Notes: generated by a model from the sequence alone, not told the origin. DNA of 55,825 bases from Candidatus Yanofskybacteria bacterium (GCA_016185505.1 JACPNL010000010.1:1-55825), one strand, 5' to 3'; positions 27,071 through 37,119 are shown, numbered from the stretch's first letter. Translations and numbers: made by a program.

Positions 27071-29221
27071 ATGAAAAAATATTTACCCATCGGCTTCTTT
27101 TCTCTCCTTTATCTTTTTAGTATCTCTCCTGTAGCCGTTGCAAATACTTTGCCCGCGCCTAACCACTCTATTTTTTTTGGTTACTATCATGCGGACGCTC
27201 AATACGGCGATTTTAAAAATGAAGTCAAAGATTACACGAACACTCAAATAATTATCGGCGATAGCTGGATCAGGCCGCCTGATGTCGCGGAATCGGATAT
27301 CCAGAAATTAAACGAAGCTCTTAGCGAAACCGCCGCTCTCGGCCAAAAAATTGTTCTTATTCCTTCGGGTGATTTAGATATTATACTGAATGCGGCTGCG
27401 CCATTTTGGGATAATGTCGCGTTTATTTATTTTGCCGATGAACCGAATTGGGATAAAGCCACAACCGAGGAAAATATCGGCTCATTTAAAAATAAAATTC
27501 GCAGGGCCGGGCTTTCTCAAAAAGAAATTGCCATAAATTATACTCCTGAACAGATACTTTCAGGAACGGGGTACCAAGCCGGTAATTTGAATATAGTCGG
27601 ATTTGAAGCATATGTTGACCCCGCGCAACAAAATAACCAGGATATCGTCGCTGACTTAAACGCGCAGATAGACAATCTCAAACAAAAAATAGGCAATAAA
27701 CAAATGTTCATCGTAATTCAGGCCTACGACAGAAATGGGGATTGGAAAAATATAACCTCACTCCAAAATATTCAAATACCGCCCTATCTGGCCGCTTATA
27801 ATGACGAACGTGTCATCGGATTGCTGATGTTCTCTTATGCCAGACCGGGAGGCACGCGGGATAACCCTATCTTAGCAGAACAGCATCGTTTGATCTGGCA
27901 AGCGATGCAAGGATTAACTGTTGACGTTGATCCTAAGAATATACCGGCCGTTGCGCCTACAAGCGTCTGGAGTCCTTCTCAAACCAATAACGGCTGGTGG
28001 CCGTCTTTGTCCCCGGACGGCAAATACGTTGCCTATGGTAATTTCGGCGAGAGCTGGGTAACTGACCTTTCAACTGGACAAAACTATGACCTTTCAAAGC
28101 CAGCAGGCCTGCCAGATGGAGCCCGTTGCAGGGGCGGACAATGGATAACATCAAGCAAGGTCACTTTTATTTGCGACAGCATTCCGGGGATAACTGGATT
28201 TTACCGATATGAAGCAGCCATTGGCGAGTGGATAGCGAGAAAAACCGATGACGACCCGAACAACGTAGTGAGCAGTATATTTGTCGCAAAAGACGGCCAC
28301 TGGGCATCTTTCTTAGCTCTAACCAGAATTATTAAAGACAACACAGTCCTTACCGATAACCAACCCGGAGGGGCAATAGCCATAAGCGGTGACTTGCTAG
28401 TAAACGCCTGCACCAACGAGAACCAGCAGATCTGCGTATGGGACAGGACTAACCTTTCTACGTCTTACGATGTCAGAACTCCCTTATTTGAAATGGATAT
28501 GGAAGATGGATATATTACTTATGGCGGATTTGGACCGATCCGAGGTATAGACCCGAGCGGAAAAGATATTGATCTGACGGCAACTGCCTGGAAACGAGAA
28601 GGATCGCCAAGAGTATTAATGGTCAACGGACAACCTTGGGTCGCCACTTATACTTGGGACGACACGTTGGGAGTTTCCAACGTATTGATCCGGCCGTGGG
28701 GAGAAAGAAAAAGTATCGTCTTGCAAATGGATGCGGCATCTTTAAGCGTGGTTTACACAAACGGAAACTTCATAGTTGCGGCTAATAACGATCGGGGCGG
28801 ATTAATAGTTCAAACCATCCCCGCGGATTCGCCAAGAGTTGATCTATCAGGCGGCTTGCCGTCAGAAACACCGGGGTTAAGTCCTGCAAACAAAAAGAGC
28901 TTTTCAAGTCCGGTTTTACCCGTTATCCCCACTGAAGGCCTCCCTTCTTTCGGCCAACTTATAGCCACGATCTTCACCTGGTCTCTCAATATTTTGGGCA
29001 TTGTGGTTTTTGTCATGATATTCTTTGCCGGATTTCAGTGGTTCACCGCCGCCGGCAATACGGCAAAAGTAAATGAGGCCAAGTCCAGAATAACCAATGC
29101 GATCACCGGAGCTCTTATACTTCTTGCGGCGTGGATAATATTATATACGATAAACCCTGATCTGGTCGGGGGAGTACTTACGCTACCGGGGGTAGGAACG
29201 GAAACAGAAACTGGAAATTAA
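27071..29221 (+). CDS. exported GH-like TIM barrel + beta-propeller + C-terminal T4SS-type pilin
   Basis: Signal peptide, FADEP, PSLSPDGKYVAY (TolB/PD40-like), same C-terminal pilin module. Confidence 0.65.
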   Translation: MKKYLPIGFFSLLYLFSISPVAVANTLPAPNHSIFFGYYHADAQYGDFKNEVKDYTNTQIIIGDSWIRPPDVAESDIQKLNEALSETAALGQKIVLIPSGDLDIILNAAAPFWDNVAFIYFADEPNWDKATTEENIGSFKNKIRRAGLSQKEIAINYTPEQILSGTGYQAGNLNIVGFEAYVDPAQQNNQDIVADLNAQIDNLKQKIGNKQMFIVIQAYDRNGDWKNITSLQNIQIPPYLAAYNDERVIGLLMFSYARPGGTRDNPILAEQHRLIWQAMQGLTVDVDPKNIPAVAPTSVWSPSQTNNGWWPSLSPDGKYVAYGNFGESWVTDLSTGQNYDLSKPAGLPDGARCRGGQWITSSKVTFICDSIPGITGFYRYEAAIGEWIARKTDDDPNNVVSSIFVAKDGHWASFLALTRIIKDNTVLTDNQPGGAIAISGDLLVNACTNENQQICVWDRTNLSTSYDVRTPLFEMDMEDGYITYGGFGPIRGIDPSGKDIDLTATAWKREGSPRVLMVNGQPWVATYTWDDTLGVSNVLIRPWGERKSIVLQMDAASLSVVYTNGNFIVAANNDRGGLIVQTIPADSPRVDLSGGLPSETPGLSPANKKSFSSPVLPVIPTEGLPSFGQLIATIFTWSLNILGIVVFVMIFFAGFQWFTAAGNTAKVNEAKSRITNAITGALILLAAWIILYTINPDLVGGVLTLPGVGTETETGN
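28925..29172 (+). repeat. 248-bp direct repeat copy 2 (pilin module)
   Basis: Near-identical to 26754-27001. Confidence 0.93.
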
Positions 29222-29226
29222 GAAAT

Positions 29227-29265
29227 GGACTTCGCAAGTCCGTTGGACTTGCGAAGTCGTTAATT
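29227..29265. repeat. 39-bp double gactt-cgc-aagtc hairpin element
   Basis: Reverse complement of 43783-43821 with one mismatch. Shares its core with the 39-bp coding element. Confidence 0.9.
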
Positions 29266-29277
29266 CTGGTTGCTAAC

Positions 29278-29721
29278 ATGGTCTACATACTCAGCTTGAT
29301 ATTGGTTCTGAGTCTGATTTTTTCGGCTACAACCGGGGTGAGTTTTTTCGGCGATATTTGGAATAAACTGACGAGCAATATAAGCGAATTCGCTTTCCCG
29401 AAGTCCCAGAGAGAAATAGTGATAGACAACTTAAAATCACAATCAAATCTACTGGACAGGTTTTTCTCTGACACAGCGCTGGACTTGCTTCAAGACGAAA
29501 ACGTCTCTCCTGAAGATAAAAAAGCAATTCAAAAAGCCATCCAATCCTTTGGCGAATCCAAAAACCTCGTCTCCCAAATAGAAAATTTAACCAAGAACGA
29601 CAAGAGCATAACCAAGGCCCTTATTGAGAAAGTATTCGACCTGAATACCGAACCCTCACCGGCTAGCGAACCCGATCCCACCAGCATCCCCCCGAATTGC
29701 AACTTAGTGTGTGGTGAGTAG
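29278..29721 (+). CDS. exported hypothetical protein
   Basis: 147 aa with a hydrophobic N-terminus. Confidence 0.7.
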   Translation: MVYILSLILVLSLIFSATTGVSFFGDIWNKLTSNISEFAFPKSQREIVIDNLKSQSNLLDRFFSDTALDLLQDENVSPEDKKAIQKAIQSFGESKNLVSQIENLTKNDKSITKALIEKVFDLNTEPSPASEPDPTSIPPNCNLVCGE

Positions 29722-29727
29722 ATATGA

Positions 29728-30100
29728 AAAGGCCTCGCAATCACGGGGCCTTCCGGTATAGGTTACCGGATTTTGTCAGACGGCGGTGACCGCCTGAATC
29801 TGGCGGCGCCGGATGCGGGACAGACGGAGGTTTTCCGTCTTCTCGGCCGAACGCTGCCGGTTGGAACGGGGGCTGCCCCGCCCCGGTGGAACCGGCGGTG
29901 TGTCTTCTCGTATGGAGGCGGACAGGCACCCGGCTGGGTCGTTTAGCGCCTAAACCCGCCAATCAGATGGCGTATTGAATTTTATAATATGCTCGTACGA
30001 TAGCTTTATAAAAACTATATTTCTAGGTGGTAGGTCAAGCCTTCCAGGGAGCGAAACTGAGCTTGGTGAATAATCCAATTATCCCATTCATCCCCCTAAT
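29728..30100 (+). ncRNA. candidate structured RNA (about 370 nt)
   Basis: Consecutive hairpins, with G-U pairs consistent with the + strand. No credible ORF. Confidence 0.4.
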
Positions 30101-30152
30101 TTTACTTAAAGATCTTCTTTTGCGTTAGTTTCTTGAACTCACTATCTCTCAG

Positions 30153-30185
30153 TTTGACACAGATGTCAAAATATATTATATTATA
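30153..30185 (+). promoter_or_regulatory. pncA promoter overlapping a palindrome
   Basis: tttgaca-caga-tgtcaaa. TTGACA then TATATT/TATTAT about 17 nt downstream. Confidence 0.55.
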
Positions 30186-30211
30186 AGGGCAATCCGAAAG
30201 GAGTTGGCACC

Positions 30212-30825
30212 TTGAAAAAAGCACTGTTGATAGTCGACGTTCAGAGAGACTTTTGTCCGGGTGGAGCGTTGGCCGTGCCAAACGGCGATGAGGTCATTGA
30301 GCCGTTGAACAGAATGGTTGACTTTGCTACCCAAGACGAACAACATTGGGCTGAATGGACTATTTTTGCTTCAGGCGATCAGCATCCGAGAAAAACAAAA
30401 CACTTTAAAAAGTGGGGCGGTCTTTGGCCGATCCACTGCGTAGCGGGTACGCCTGGTGCCGAGTTTCACCCCGAACTAAAACTGAATACCCGGAATTCGG
30501 CGTTATTGCTGTTTCAAAAGGTACTGTACCTAACGAAAACGGGTACTCGGCATTTGAAGCAAGAACGAGTTGGGGTCAATCGTTCGAAAAATATTTCAGG
30601 AGCTGCTGCATTCAAGAAGTTTATATCGGCGGCCTTGCTACCGATTACTGCGTCAAGGCGACGGTGTTGGATGCAATCAAATTAGGGTTCAAGACATATC
30701 TGCTCATCGATGCCTGCCGAGCAGTCAACGTGAATCCGGGAGATGATGTTCGCGCATTGAGCGAAATGGCAAATGCCGGTGTTAAATTCATCACCACTGA
30801 CGAGGTGATCTATGGCACCGTCTAA
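30212..30825 (+). pseudogene. pncA: nicotinamidase/pyrazinamidase, split by a -1 frameshift near 30478
   Basis: VDVQRDFCPGGALAV, WPIHCV and GAEFHP in one frame. SKG, YSAF and GLATDYCV in the -1 frame. Confidence 0.85.
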
Positions 30826-32056
30826 GGCCCGTCTGCCACTCGAAACATTCGATATTCCCGTTCATAAGCTTCGCCAAGGAAGTTTTAGCGCCAAATATTT
30901 TGTGCGAACAAAAGAATTGCTGGAAGCGCTGAATTATTCCAGAACCGTTCTAATGCAGGTCTTCCAAAAGAAAGACGCTGTTCTGTGCGGGACCGATGAA
31001 GTAATCGCTGTACTAAAACTCTGCAGCGGATATTACATCCAACCGGAAAAGGCTAAACAGTTGTTCAAGAAGTGGGAAGAATTGGATAAGAAAATCAGAA
31101 ATCTAAACTACATGTCCCGCATAATTCCAGTACAAGAGCTGGTTGACGCTGTAAACGAACAAGTTCAATTGGAAATCCGACTTGATTCACTTTGGGTCAA
31201 CGTTTTTGAACGTTTAGATGTCCGCGCTCTCCGCGACGGATGGATGATCTCGCCTTGGGAGACGGTTATGACAATTAAGGGACCACCTCAATATTTCACT
31301 CATCTTGAATCAATTTATCTCGGTATCCTTGCTCGCTCAACAATGGTTGCAACAAATGTCAGAAAAGTTGTTGAAGCCGCTCAAGGCAAACCGGTTTTGT
31401 TTTTTGCTGACAGATTTGACCACTATAAGATGCAGCCCAACGACGGCTATGCCGCGACAATAGGCGGCGTTCAGGCCGTAGCAACTGACGCGCACGGTGA
31501 ATGGACGGGAAAAGAGGGTTCCGGCACAATGCCTCACGCGCTGATTGCTTGTTTTGACGGTAATACTGTTTGGGCAACTCGCGCTTTTGCTATGAAATAT
31601 CCGGACGTTCCTTGTATATCGCTTGTGGATTTTGGAAACGATTGCGTGAAAACGGCGTTAGAAGTTGCTGACCACTTCCGGCTTAATGGTTGGAAACTCT
31701 GGGGAGTCCGCCTAGATACGTCAGAAAACATGGTTGACCAATCACTGACAGAGCTCAATCGGCTTGGCAGCGATAAACCAACCGGCGTTAATCCGATCTT
31801 AGTAAACAATGTTCGCCGTGTTCTGGATTCTCACGGCCATCAAGATGTGAAAATTGTCGTCTCCGGCGGGTTTACCGCAGAAAAGATAGAATATTTCGAG
31901 AAAAATAAAATTCCCGTTGACGCCTACGGCTGCGGCAGTTCTCTGATAAAGGACGGAGGCGACTTCACGGCCGATATCGTCAAAATTGACGGAAAACCCT
32001 GCGCCAAGAAGGGGCGCCGGGAGAGACCGAATGTAAGATTGCAATTAGTTCAATAA
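30812..32056 (+). CDS. pncB: nicotinate phosphoribosyltransferase-like protein
   Basis: SAKYF, GTMPHALI, LVDF, GVRLDT, IVVSGGF, DFTAD. Overlaps the pncA stop. Confidence 0.85.
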   Translation: MAPSKARLPLETFDIPVHKLRQGSFSAKYFVRTKELLEALNYSRTVLMQVFQKKDAVLCGTDEVIAVLKLCSGYYIQPEKAKQLFKKWEELDKKIRNLNYMSRIIPVQELVDAVNEQVQLEIRLDSLWVNVFERLDVRALRDGWMISPWETVMTIKGPPQYFTHLESIYLGILARSTMVATNVRKVVEAAQGKPVLFFADRFDHYKMQPNDGYAATIGGVQAVATDAHGEWTGKEGSGTMPHALIACFDGNTVWATRAFAMKYPDVPCISLVDFGNDCVKTALEVADHFRLNGWKLWGVRLDTSENMVDQSLTELNRLGSDKPTGVNPILVNNVRRVLDSHGHQDVKIVVSGGFTAEKIEYFEKNKIPVDAYGCGSSLIKDGGDFTADIVKIDGKPCAKKGRRERPNVRLQLVQ

Positions 32057-32078
32057 AGACCGCATACGCGGTCTTTTA
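32056..32078. terminator. bidirectional terminator between convergent genes
   Basis: aaagaccgc-atac-gcggtctttt. Confidence 0.75.
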
Positions 32079-32090
32079 TCTTTGAGCGGT

Positions 32091-33650
32091 CTATGGCCTG
32101 CTATAAAATTTTGTTTTGTCTCCCTTATGAAGTTGGACTGCTAATTTGAATATTTTGAGATACTCTTTGGCTGATTTTCCCCAAGAGAAGTCCTTAGCCA
32201 TAGCTCTTTTCATAAGTTTTTCCCACTCTTTTTTTTGTTTGAATATTTCAAAAGCTCTGACGAAGGTTATTATAAATGCCAAAGAGTCGTATCTTTCAAA
32301 AACAAAACCTGTTCCCTTATTGTTCTGCGGGTCAAAGTCGTCAACAGAGTCAGCTAGTCCTCCAACTTTTCGAACTATCGGAATACACCCATATCTCATC
32401 GCTTCCAGTTGAACAAGGCCGGACGGTTCATACTTAGACGGTATCAGAACCGCGTCAGCCCCGCCGAATATCAATCTTGGGAGCACGGAATCAAAAGTAT
32501 AGTGAGTCCCGATCCTATCAGGATATTTGATCTTCAGATCATCTATAACCTTTCGGTATTTTGATTCGCCTTCGCCGACAAGAACAAACTGAAAGTCAAT
32601 ATTTTCCATCAGCGATTCCATGCTTTGTTCAAGAAGATCAAATCCTTTTTGACCAGTTATCCTGGTTACCATTCCAACGATAAATTTATCTTTATCCACC
32701 GGCAAACCAAATTGTTTTTGAAGGGCAATCTTGTTTTCAGAACGTTTTTCTAACAATTTCAGAGAATAGTTTGAAGCCAATGTCTCGTCAGTTTCCGGAT
32801 TAAAGGACTCCACATCAATCCCGTTAAGAATGCCGAAAACACGTTCTTTGCGTTCGCTTAGCAACTTGTCTAATTTCTCCCCGAATTCTTCAGTTACAAT
32901 TTCTCGAGCGTAAGCCGGTGAAACCGTAATCATAGCATCGGCATACTTAATTCCTCTTCGCATACCATTCATATATTTCATACGAGAGTCAAAAAACTCC
33001 GGAACCGGACTCTGGCCGGCATCAAGATCCATTTCTGACACCAAAGCTGGATCAAAAGTACCTTGATGTTTCAAGTTGTGTATTGAGAAAACATCGGTAA
33101 TTTCAGAAATAACTGGGTCGTCTTTGTATTCCGTATGCATTAAATTTGGGATGAATCCCGTTTGCCAATCGGCCGCAACAATAATGTCCGGTTTCCAGTC
33201 GGAAACCTTAATAAACTCCAAAGCTCCCCGAGAAAGCAAGACCCACCTGGTCGTATCGTCCCCATAGCCGTAGACATTGGCGCGTTTCTCGTAGTACTCC
33301 ATATTTTCAAGAAAATATGTAATCACCCCATCCTCTGCCCCCTCATGTTTCAAAACATTTGAAACAAGTAATCTATTAGGGTCGTTATTTTCTTTTTCCA
33401 GCGTAAGCCCGTGGTATTCCAAATGAACCGGAAATTTATCAATATCCATCGTGGCATATTTAGGTATCATAACTCTTGCGTCATAACCAAGTTCACGCAT
33501 GGCTTTAGGCAAAGAGTACATAACTTCACCAAGCCCGCCGACTTTAACAAAAGGCGCCGCCTCCGATGCGACAAAAAGTATTTTGTATTTTCCTGTTTTA
33601 TTAAATAAGCCCATCCCGTTAATTATACCATCTTTTATTTTTTCTTTCAA
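32091..33650 (-). CDS. glgA: glycogen synthase (GT5)
   Basis: EAAPFVKVGGLG, ADWQTG, ILNGID, QKGFD, PSKYEPSGL. Confidence 0.95.
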   Translation of the reverse strand: MKEKIKDGIINGMGLFNKTGKYKILFVASEAAPFVKVGGLGEVMYSLPKAMRELGYDARVMIPKYATMDIDKFPVHLEYHGLTLEKENNDPNRLLVSNVLKHEGAEDGVITYFLENMEYYEKRANVYGYGDDTTRWVLLSRGALEFIKVSDWKPDIIVAADWQTGFIPNLMHTEYKDDPVISEITDVFSIHNLKHQGTFDPALVSEMDLDAGQSPVPEFFDSRMKYMNGMRRGIKYADAMITVSPAYAREIVTEEFGEKLDKLLSERKERVFGILNGIDVESFNPETDETLASNYSLKLLEKRSENKIALQKQFGLPVDKDKFIVGMVTRITGQKGFDLLEQSMESLMENIDFQFVLVGEGESKYRKVIDDLKIKYPDRIGTHYTFDSVLPRLIFGGADAVLIPSKYEPSGLVQLEAMRYGCIPIVRKVGGLADSVDDFDPQNNKGTGFVFERYDSLAFIITFVRAFEIFKQKKEWEKLMKRAMAKDFSWGKSAKEYLKIFKLAVQLHKGDKTKFYSRP

Positions 33651-34806
33651 AAATAAGTTGCTTATAAAAATTTAAGGCGTCTTCATTAATATTATTCCAA
33701 GGCATCGGCCGCCTTATATCAGCATCGCTGTATTCTGCTTGACCTCTCGCCATGTCTTGAGAAATGCCCGCCTCTGACCCGTAGAAAATATTAACTGGAT
33801 TATTCTGTTCTAACTGGAAGCGTACTATTTGTTTTACTTTATCCCAATCGTGACCACATTCAAAAATTAATCTATTAAAGTCAGGGTTATCTACTACGGA
33901 AATTAACGGATAATCTTTGGGGTAAAACTTATAGTGAAGTTTGGTTAAAAATTTAGCAAAACCCCAATTTGGTTTTTTCTTTTTTGCTATCTGGCTGACG
34001 ACGATGTCCCTAAATCTAAAGTCCAGCATAGCATCAAAATGTTTTATATAATGATGTATTAACATCTCACTAGGATTGAATTTAAGAAGTGAAGAGAGGT
34101 AGAGAAAATATTTAAACTTAATTTTTAGAGTGGGGAGTTCTGTCCGCTTAAGTCCTTGTTTGACCGCTTCGCCGACCAAGATCACACCCGGAAATTCTCT
34201 TCTGACAAAATCCGTGAATTCTTTCCAAAAATTATGGGAAATTCCTAGAACGTGATCTAACCGCATCCCGTCAATTCCTTGCTTTAACCAAAATCGAGTT
34301 GCTTCAAATATATACTCACTTACCGGCGGATATTCTAAGTTTAATTTCGGTAAAGTCGTAATTTCCAGAAAACTTTTGTAGCTATCAGAAGATTTATAAA
34401 AATAAAACCACTTGCGGTATTCACTATCCTCGTTTTGTAAAGCGTCAACAAAATACGGATGTTTCCAAGAAACATGATTTATCGTCCAGTCCATTATCAC
34501 CTTCATCTCTTTTTTGTGGGCTTCCGATATTAAATTTTTAAGATCGTCTAACGTTCCGAATCTAGAGTCAACCGCGAAAAAGTCGGTTATATGATAGCCG
34601 TGATATTCTATGCCTTTGTTAAAAGGAGTCAGTAGTAAAATATCTACTCCTAGATCTTTTAGATAGTCCAAACGCTCTGTAATCCCTTTTAGATTACCGC
34701 CACAGAAATTAGGACCATCACAAATCCAAGGCTCTTTGTCTAGTTCTTTTCCTCTGGAAAAACGATCAATGAGTATATTGTAAAAAACGGCGTTTTTAAG
34801 GTTCAT
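33619..34806 (-). CDS. alpha-amylase family (GH13) glycoside hydrolase
   Basis: GGNLKGI, YHGY, DWTINH, GMRLD, LVGE. Confidence 0.92.
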   Translation of the reverse strand: MNLKNAVFYNILIDRFSRGKELDKEPWICDGPNFCGGNLKGITERLDYLKDLGVDILLLTPFNKGIEYHGYHITDFFAVDSRFGTLDDLKNLISEAHKKEMKVIMDWTINHVSWKHPYFVDALQNEDSEYRKWFYFYKSSDSYKSFLEITTLPKLNLEYPPVSEYIFEATRFWLKQGIDGMRLDHVLGISHNFWKEFTDFVRREFPGVILVGEAVKQGLKRTELPTLKIKFKYFLYLSSLLKFNPSEMLIHHYIKHFDAMLDFRFRDIVVSQIAKKKKPNWGFAKFLTKLHYKFYPKDYPLISVVDNPDFNRLIFECGHDWDKVKQIVRFQLEQNNPVNIFYGSEAGISQDMARGQAEYSDADIRRPMPWNNINEDALNFYKQLIFERKNKRWYN

Positions 34807-34818
34807 AACCGAAACTGA

Positions 34819-35421
34819 TTAAAGAAGAAGGCGCAATTTTTCTTCGACCTTTTTATCGTCTTTGTATTGCATTGCTCGCCACCCTCTGACTTCGGCAGTT
34901 TCTACATTTTGCTCACTATCATCAATAAATAAATATTCTTCGGGTTTATGACCCAACTCTCCTTCTACATATTTCCACGCTTCCGCGTCCTTTTTTGTTT
35001 TACCGATTTGATATGAAAGAAATACCTTATCAAAGACATCATAGAGACCCCTCGCGTTCATGCGCGCCGATAACGCTTCAGAGACGTTTGAGAAACAAGC
35101 GATCTCGTATTTATCTTTTAGGTTTTTTATGAGGTTAATCAGCTCGTTGTTCACTATCAAAAACTCATCATCCCAAGAGTTTAAATCTTTTTCGAGATCT
35201 TTAGCGGTACAGTGGAGATTAAAATAAGCGACGATATCGTCTATGAATTGGCTCTCTTCTTTTTCACCTGTATCTAGCCCGACCGCGGCTTTGTTGACAA
35301 AAATACCCCACTCTTCTTTGTTAATGGAGTATTTATTAAGCAACGCCTCGCCTGTTTGCTGAGGAAAATTATTTACCACTACACCAAAAAAATCAAATAC
35401 GATGACTTTAATATCTTCCAT
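34819..35421 (-). CDS. HAD-family phosphatase
   Basis: FDFFGV, FSN, K, FIDD..NV motifs. Confidence 0.9.
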   Translation of the reverse strand: MEDIKVIVFDFFGVVVNNFPQQTGEALLNKYSINKEEWGIFVNKAAVGLDTGEKEESQFIDDIVAYFNLHCTAKDLEKDLNSWDDEFLIVNNELINLIKNLKDKYEIACFSNVSEALSARMNARGLYDVFDKVFLSYQIGKTKKDAEAWKYVEGELGHKPEEYLFIDDSEQNVETAEVRGWRAMQYKDDKKVEEKLRLLL

Positions 35422-35468
35422 AATCTTAATTAAAATATACTATTTTCTATCTCAAAAATCAATTAGTA

Positions 35469-35518
35469 AACAAACCGCCGTAAAACTAGCAATTGCTAGT
35501 TTTACGGCGGTTTGTTTC
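35469..35518. repeat. perfect 50-bp intergenic palindrome
   Basis: aaacaaaccgccgtaaaactagcaattgctagttttacggcggtttgttt. Confidence 0.85.
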
Positions 35519-35553
35519 AAAATAGCCGATTTTCTGATATACTTTCACAAATA

Positions 35554-36390
35554 ATGAGAAAAATATCACTATATTTAATACTACTAATAACGGCTCTTGG
35601 GGCCGGTATTTTTATTTCTTTCATTGCTTTAAGGTCAATAAATAGGCCCGCTATCCGCCCTAGCTCGCTACCGGGGTTTGAATCAGACCCAAACGTCCCG
35701 ACTTCGTCTCCTTCGGAGCAACGAAGTCGAGGATCCTCGATTTCTCAGCCCCGCCAAGGCGGGGGAGAAATCGGGACGACTCAAACTCCAACAAAGACAC
35801 CTGGTCCCAACACAATAATTTATGACGTCCCCTTTACTCCCCAAGCGCCTTTCAGCGAATGGAGTAATCCCAAACTAAGCAACGGCTGCGAGGAGGCCTC
35901 AGCTCTTATGGCTATGTCGTGGGTAAGAGGTACAACGTTCACGCAAGAAGAAGCAAGGCGAGAAATTATCGCCGTTTCCGACTACGAATTGGCGAATCAC
36001 GGCGTGTATCTGGATACATCTTCCCAAGATACCTTTGATTGGATATTCAAAGAATATTACGGATATAACAAGGTAGAACTTTTCTACGATATTTCCGTTG
36101 AAGACATTAAAAAAGAATTGCGCGGCGGCAATTTGGTCATCGTGCCCGTGAACGGGCAGGAACTGCATAACCCCTACTACACACAGCCCGGGCCTCTGCG
36201 CCACAAAGTCGTAATAATCGGATACGATCCGGACAACAAAGAATTCATCACCAATGACCCCGGCACCCGGCTCGGAAAGCAGTACCGCTACCCGGAACAA
36301 GTGTTATTCAACGCGATACACGACTATCTGACCGGCAATGACCTCCCGTTGCCGCCAAAGCGCACCGCGATGATAGTTGTAAAAAAATAA
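35554..36390 (+). CDS. C39-like peptidase, membrane anchored
   Basis: VPFTPQAP, GCEEAS, HKVVIIGYD, NDPGT. Likely start MRKISL. Confidence 0.88.
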   Translation: MRKISLYLILLITALGAGIFISFIALRSINRPAIRPSSLPGFESDPNVPTSSPSEQRSRGSSISQPRQGGGEIGTTQTPTKTPGPNTIIYDVPFTPQAPFSEWSNPKLSNGCEEASALMAMSWVRGTTFTQEEARREIIAVSDYELANHGVYLDTSSQDTFDWIFKEYYGYNKVELFYDISVEDIKKELRGGNLVIVPVNGQELHNPYYTQPGPLRHKVVIIGYDPDNKEFITNDPGTRLGKQYRYPEQVLFNAIHDYLTGNDLPLPPKRTAMIVVKK

Positions 36391-36393
36391 AAC

Positions 36394-37119
36394 TTACTTT
36401 GACCACCACGAGGAAATATAGGTGGCGACTTCGCTCATTTTGAGAGGGGTGGTGGCATTGCCGGTGCGAATGTAAAAATTCTCGCCGTCCCCCGTTTTCA
36501 AGTACACCGGCTTATAGCTTGGCTCAATGCTTGCCAAACAAACTATCTTGTCGCCTACGCTATCAAATTTTAACTTAACAAACCGCCTGAATTCAGCCCC
36601 GATCATGTTGTTAAAAAGGTTATTGAAATGATTTTCAAATCCGTCAGCATCTTGTTTAACAAGAGTAACGATGTCATTTTCCAGCCCCACCGTTTCACCA
36701 CCATCATCTACGCCGATCAATAAATGCCCGCCGTCTGAATTTAAAAAAGCGGCAATGGTCTTCATAACCGCTTTTTCCAGCTCCTTATTTACCGTGCCCC
36801 GTTTTACATCCCAACGAAGAGATGCCTTGAATTCTAACTTTTCGTGCTCGCCGGATTTAATTACTTCTTCAACATTTTTTTCTTCATTCATGGCCTTGGC
36901 AAAAACAAAAATGATCAACCCCAGTTGAGACAAGATAAGCAAAAAGAACTCAACCACTTCAAATCTAATGTAGCCGGATACGGCAAGACCCTCATATACA
37001 TCTCCCCAGTCAGCAGCCAAAGCAAGAACCAAAAAAGTTAAATAAAACAGCGCCTCAATGACAATAAGATTCCTGAAAACTACAAATAATTTATCGTGCT
37101 TTAAGACCCGCCATTTCAT
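36394..37119 (-). CDS. 2-TM protein with Schlafen/AlbA_2 domain
   Basis: EHEKLEFKAS, IAAFLNSDGGHLLIGVDD, FYIRTG. Confidence 0.9.
   Translation of the reverse strand: MKWRVLKHDKLFVVFRNLIVIEALFYLTFLVLALAADWGDVYEGLAVSGYIRFEVVEFFLLILSQLGLIIFVFAKAMNEEKNVEEVIKSGEHEKLEFKASLRWDVKRGTVNKELEKAVMKTIAAFLNSDGGHLLIGVDDGGETVGLENDIVTLVKQDADGFENHFNNLFNNMIGAEFRRFVKLKFDSVGDKIVCLASIEPSYKPVYLKTGDGENFYIRTGNATTPLKMSEVATYISSWWSK

Noticed and set aside
26754-29172. DGR template/variable repeat pair
   Set aside because: Both copies are coding, and the differences are mostly synonymous and not adenine-specific.
29741-30096. tmRNA on the minus strand (begins GGGGGATGAA)
   Set aside because: There is no T-arm/CCA 3' end or tag reading frame, and G-U pairing favours the opposite strand.
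30153-30170. NrtR-type operator upstream of pncA
   Set aside because: The palindrome is explained by TTGACA on both strands, its geometry does not clearly fit, and no regulator gene is nearby.
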